Origin: Candidatus Multivoradales bacterium | GTDB lineage: Bacteria > Acidobacteriota > Thermoanaerobaculia > Multivoradales > JAHEKO01 | Assembly (NCBI GenBank): GCA_965248055.1 | Contig: CBDFIJ010000004.1 | Coordinates: 3,264,001-3,328,000, forward strand | Direction of reading: 5' to 3' | DNA length: 64,000 nt | In this document: positions 62,051 through 64,000 of the stretch, in pieces | How the letters are laid out: each line of letters opens with the position of its first letter | Numbering within the stretch: the stretch's first letter is position 1 | Position numbers and translations under genes: made by a program | The notes under the pieces: generated by a model | What the model was told of the DNA's origin: nothing | The model's database searches: none | Seen by the model: the letters and a program-made list of their open reading frames with translations, nothing else

Positions 62051-62253
62051 ACCGAAACTCAAGTAGCGTGTACCCTCCCATGCTTGTCGCCCACCCATGG
62101 CTTCCAGAACTTGTTCAGCGACCGCAAGCGCTCGTGGGTTGGTTTGGGCTTGGGTTGCGAACGGAACGGGCAAACAAAGACGAGAAGAAGACAACTTAGG
62201 CGAAGGTTGTTGATGGTCATGGTGTCACTTAGGTCGGTTGATCGCGGTGAGAC

Positions 62254-62706
62254 TCAACGGGGTGCGTTCAGTTTCAACAAAATATCGGCGAACGCTCGTT
62301 GTTCCCAGGGTGCGAGTTGATTCAGGAAGTGACTCTTCAGTGCCTTGCGGTAGCGGGGCAGTGTTTTCTTAAGAATGGCTCGGCCTGACTGGGTAATCGA
62401 GACAAATGCGCCACGACCGTCGTCACGGCAATCATCCCGTTGTACTAGCTCGGCGGCAGCCATCCGATCGATTAATCTTGTCAGTCCGCTCTTAGACAAC
62501 ATTACTAAGTCAGCGAGGTCCGTGGGCCGCAGTTTGCCGCCTGCCTGTTTGAGCTGATGGAGCACATCGAACCAAACGTGGGGCAGTTCGCAGTCGCTGA
62601 GGTCCGATTCAACCGAGCCGAGGATGCGCCCCCGGGTGTTGAGAAACAACATCCACAAACTGAGCGGATCTTGGGCGGGAAGGTCACCGGTTTGATTCTT
62701 GGGCAT
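62254..62706 (-). CDS. MarR family regulator
   Basis: LSKSGLTRLIDRM...DGRG...IT..G. Confidence 0.9.
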   Translation of the reverse strand: MPKNQTGDLPAQDPLSLWMLFLNTRGRILGSVESDLSDCELPHVWFDVLHQLKQAGGKLRPTDLADLVMLSKSGLTRLIDRMAAAELVQRDDCRDDGRGAFVSITQSGRAILKKTLPRYRKALKSHFLNQLAPWEQRAFADILLKLNAPR

Positions 62707-62872
62707 GGTGTTCTCGGTATTCTTCGAAGTGGGAATATTTGGCTTTCTTGCTGGGTTTCGATTGTTGCATGCGCAACGACATTGAGCAAGGCCATGCAGC
62801 ACAACAGCGCAACCATCGGTCAGAACAATCATCGACTGGCGTTGCACGCAGAAACAACGGAGACGGTCCATC

Positions 62873-63703
62873 ATGAATAGCCAACAACCGAGCACCCAAC
62901 CAAGAACCCAATCAAGGAGTCGGCCGAGCCAATCAGCGATTCGCCACCTGCCGGTCAGTCAGCAAGTGATGGGTGCTTTTGATGGCGGTCGGATCACAGA
63001 AAATAAACCAATCGGTTTTCCTCAAGAGTTTCCCAAAATCAAGGCAATCGGACCGCTGCTTTACTGGGCCTGGGCCAAGTCTCGTGAAGGCGGGATGATC
63101 GGCCTCCACCCTCATCGGGGATTCGAGATCATGAGCTATTGCTTGGCGGGCAGCATGGTGCATCGTGACTCGACGGGGAACCAGAGCACGGTTTCGGAGG
63201 GCGGAATTCAAGTGATGCAGACCGGTTCTGGGGTCTCTCACGAAGAGGGTCTTTCGGAGAATGGGGAGTTCTTTCAGATTTGGTTTCATCCTGACCTAGA
63301 GCAAACCCTGCGGGAGCCTGCGCAGTACCATGAATTTTCTGATGCCGATTTCTCGGTGGATGATTTGGGTGGGGGAGTGGAGATCAAGAGAGTACTCGGC
63401 CCGCAAGGAGTCATGCAGTTGAAGGCCGACGCGGTGGTCGAAGAGGTGCGCCTGAGTGCTGGTTCCCAGTGGACACCGGACCGGCCGGCCGGATGGGCGG
63501 TGGCTGCGGTCGCGATCAGTGGCTCAGCGACTTGGACCAGTTCCGATTGGGCCGGTATCGAGGAGCAGGTTACCGTTGAGCCCGGAGACCTGAGTGTGGT
63601 CGAGCCGGATGGCGCTGCAGTGACCCTAGTCGCGGGCAATGAAGACACGCGGATCTTGGCTATTCAAGTGCCCCGTGAGGTGGGTTATCGGCTCCATGGT
63701 TGA
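62873..63703 (+). CDS. pirin family protein
   Basis: HPHRGFEIMSY, HRDSTGN, MQTGSGVSHEE and FQIW. Confidence 0.9.
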   Translation: MNSQQPSTQPRTQSRSRPSQSAIRHLPVSQQVMGAFDGGRITENKPIGFPQEFPKIKAIGPLLYWAWAKSREGGMIGLHPHRGFEIMSYCLAGSMVHRDSTGNQSTVSEGGIQVMQTGSGVSHEEGLSENGEFFQIWFHPDLEQTLREPAQYHEFSDADFSVDDLGGGVEIKRVLGPQGVMQLKADAVVEEVRLSAGSQWTPDRPAGWAVAAVAISGSATWTSSDWAGIEEQVTVEPGDLSVVEPDGAAVTLVAGNEDTRILAIQVPREVGYRLHG

Positions 63704-63729
63704 GTCAAAAGGAGCTAAGGAGAACCGGT

Positions 63730-64000
63730 ATGAGTGAGACGGATGTGAGGTCGGATGCCACGAGAGCAGGAAGCGGTGGCGATCGGTTGGAGACTACACA
63801 CCACGAGGCAGACAACTACGGCCACTACCAACTCTTGGCTGACGCCACGCGGATCGGTGAGATGACCTATCTGCGTACCGCTCAGGACCGAATCTTGGTG
63901 AACCACACATTTGTCGACCCCTCTCGTCGGGGACAAGGCTTGGCGCGTCGCTTGGTGGATCGTGTGGTGGCGGACATGCGTGAAACGGAAGGCAAGATTT
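63730..64000 (+). CDS. GNAT N-acetyltransferase (YjdJ-like), truncated by the window edge
   Basis: IGEMTY...NHTFVDPSRRGQGLARRLV. Confidence 0.85.
   Translation, partial: MSETDVRSDATRAGSGGDRLETTHHEADNYGHYQLLADATRIGEMTYLRTAQDRILVNHTFVDPSRRGQGLARRLVDRVVADMRETEGKI

Overview
GC-rich bacterial chromosome window, probably Acidobacteriota-like (inferred from gene content only). Most of it is housekeeping: mqnD, cdd, icd, sucCD-ndk-pcnB, sdhCAB, psd-pssA, ilvE, fabH, FKBP, rnd, a DEAD-box helicase, and TPR-lolB-like-spoVG-tRNA-Gln. An accessory zone runs from about 14.4 to 30.4 kb. The most unusual structure there is an integrase-less cassette array behind sdhB: the last 125-163 bp of sdhB occur three times (about 90% identical, last 29 nt identical), and each copy is followed by a different cargo (MNT-HEPN toxin-antitoxin pair, DUF4160/DUF2442 pair, an orphan gene). 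The zone also holds a complete IS621-like IS110 element whose bridge-RNA guides can be read directly and which sits inside a GTAG REP; a nested IS1111-like/IS256/IS3 pile-up with a long multi-loop 3' non-coding region; a decayed type I R-M locus; and a family of short repeats with covarying GNA-triloop hairpins. All product calls come from motif recognition by eye; no searches were run.
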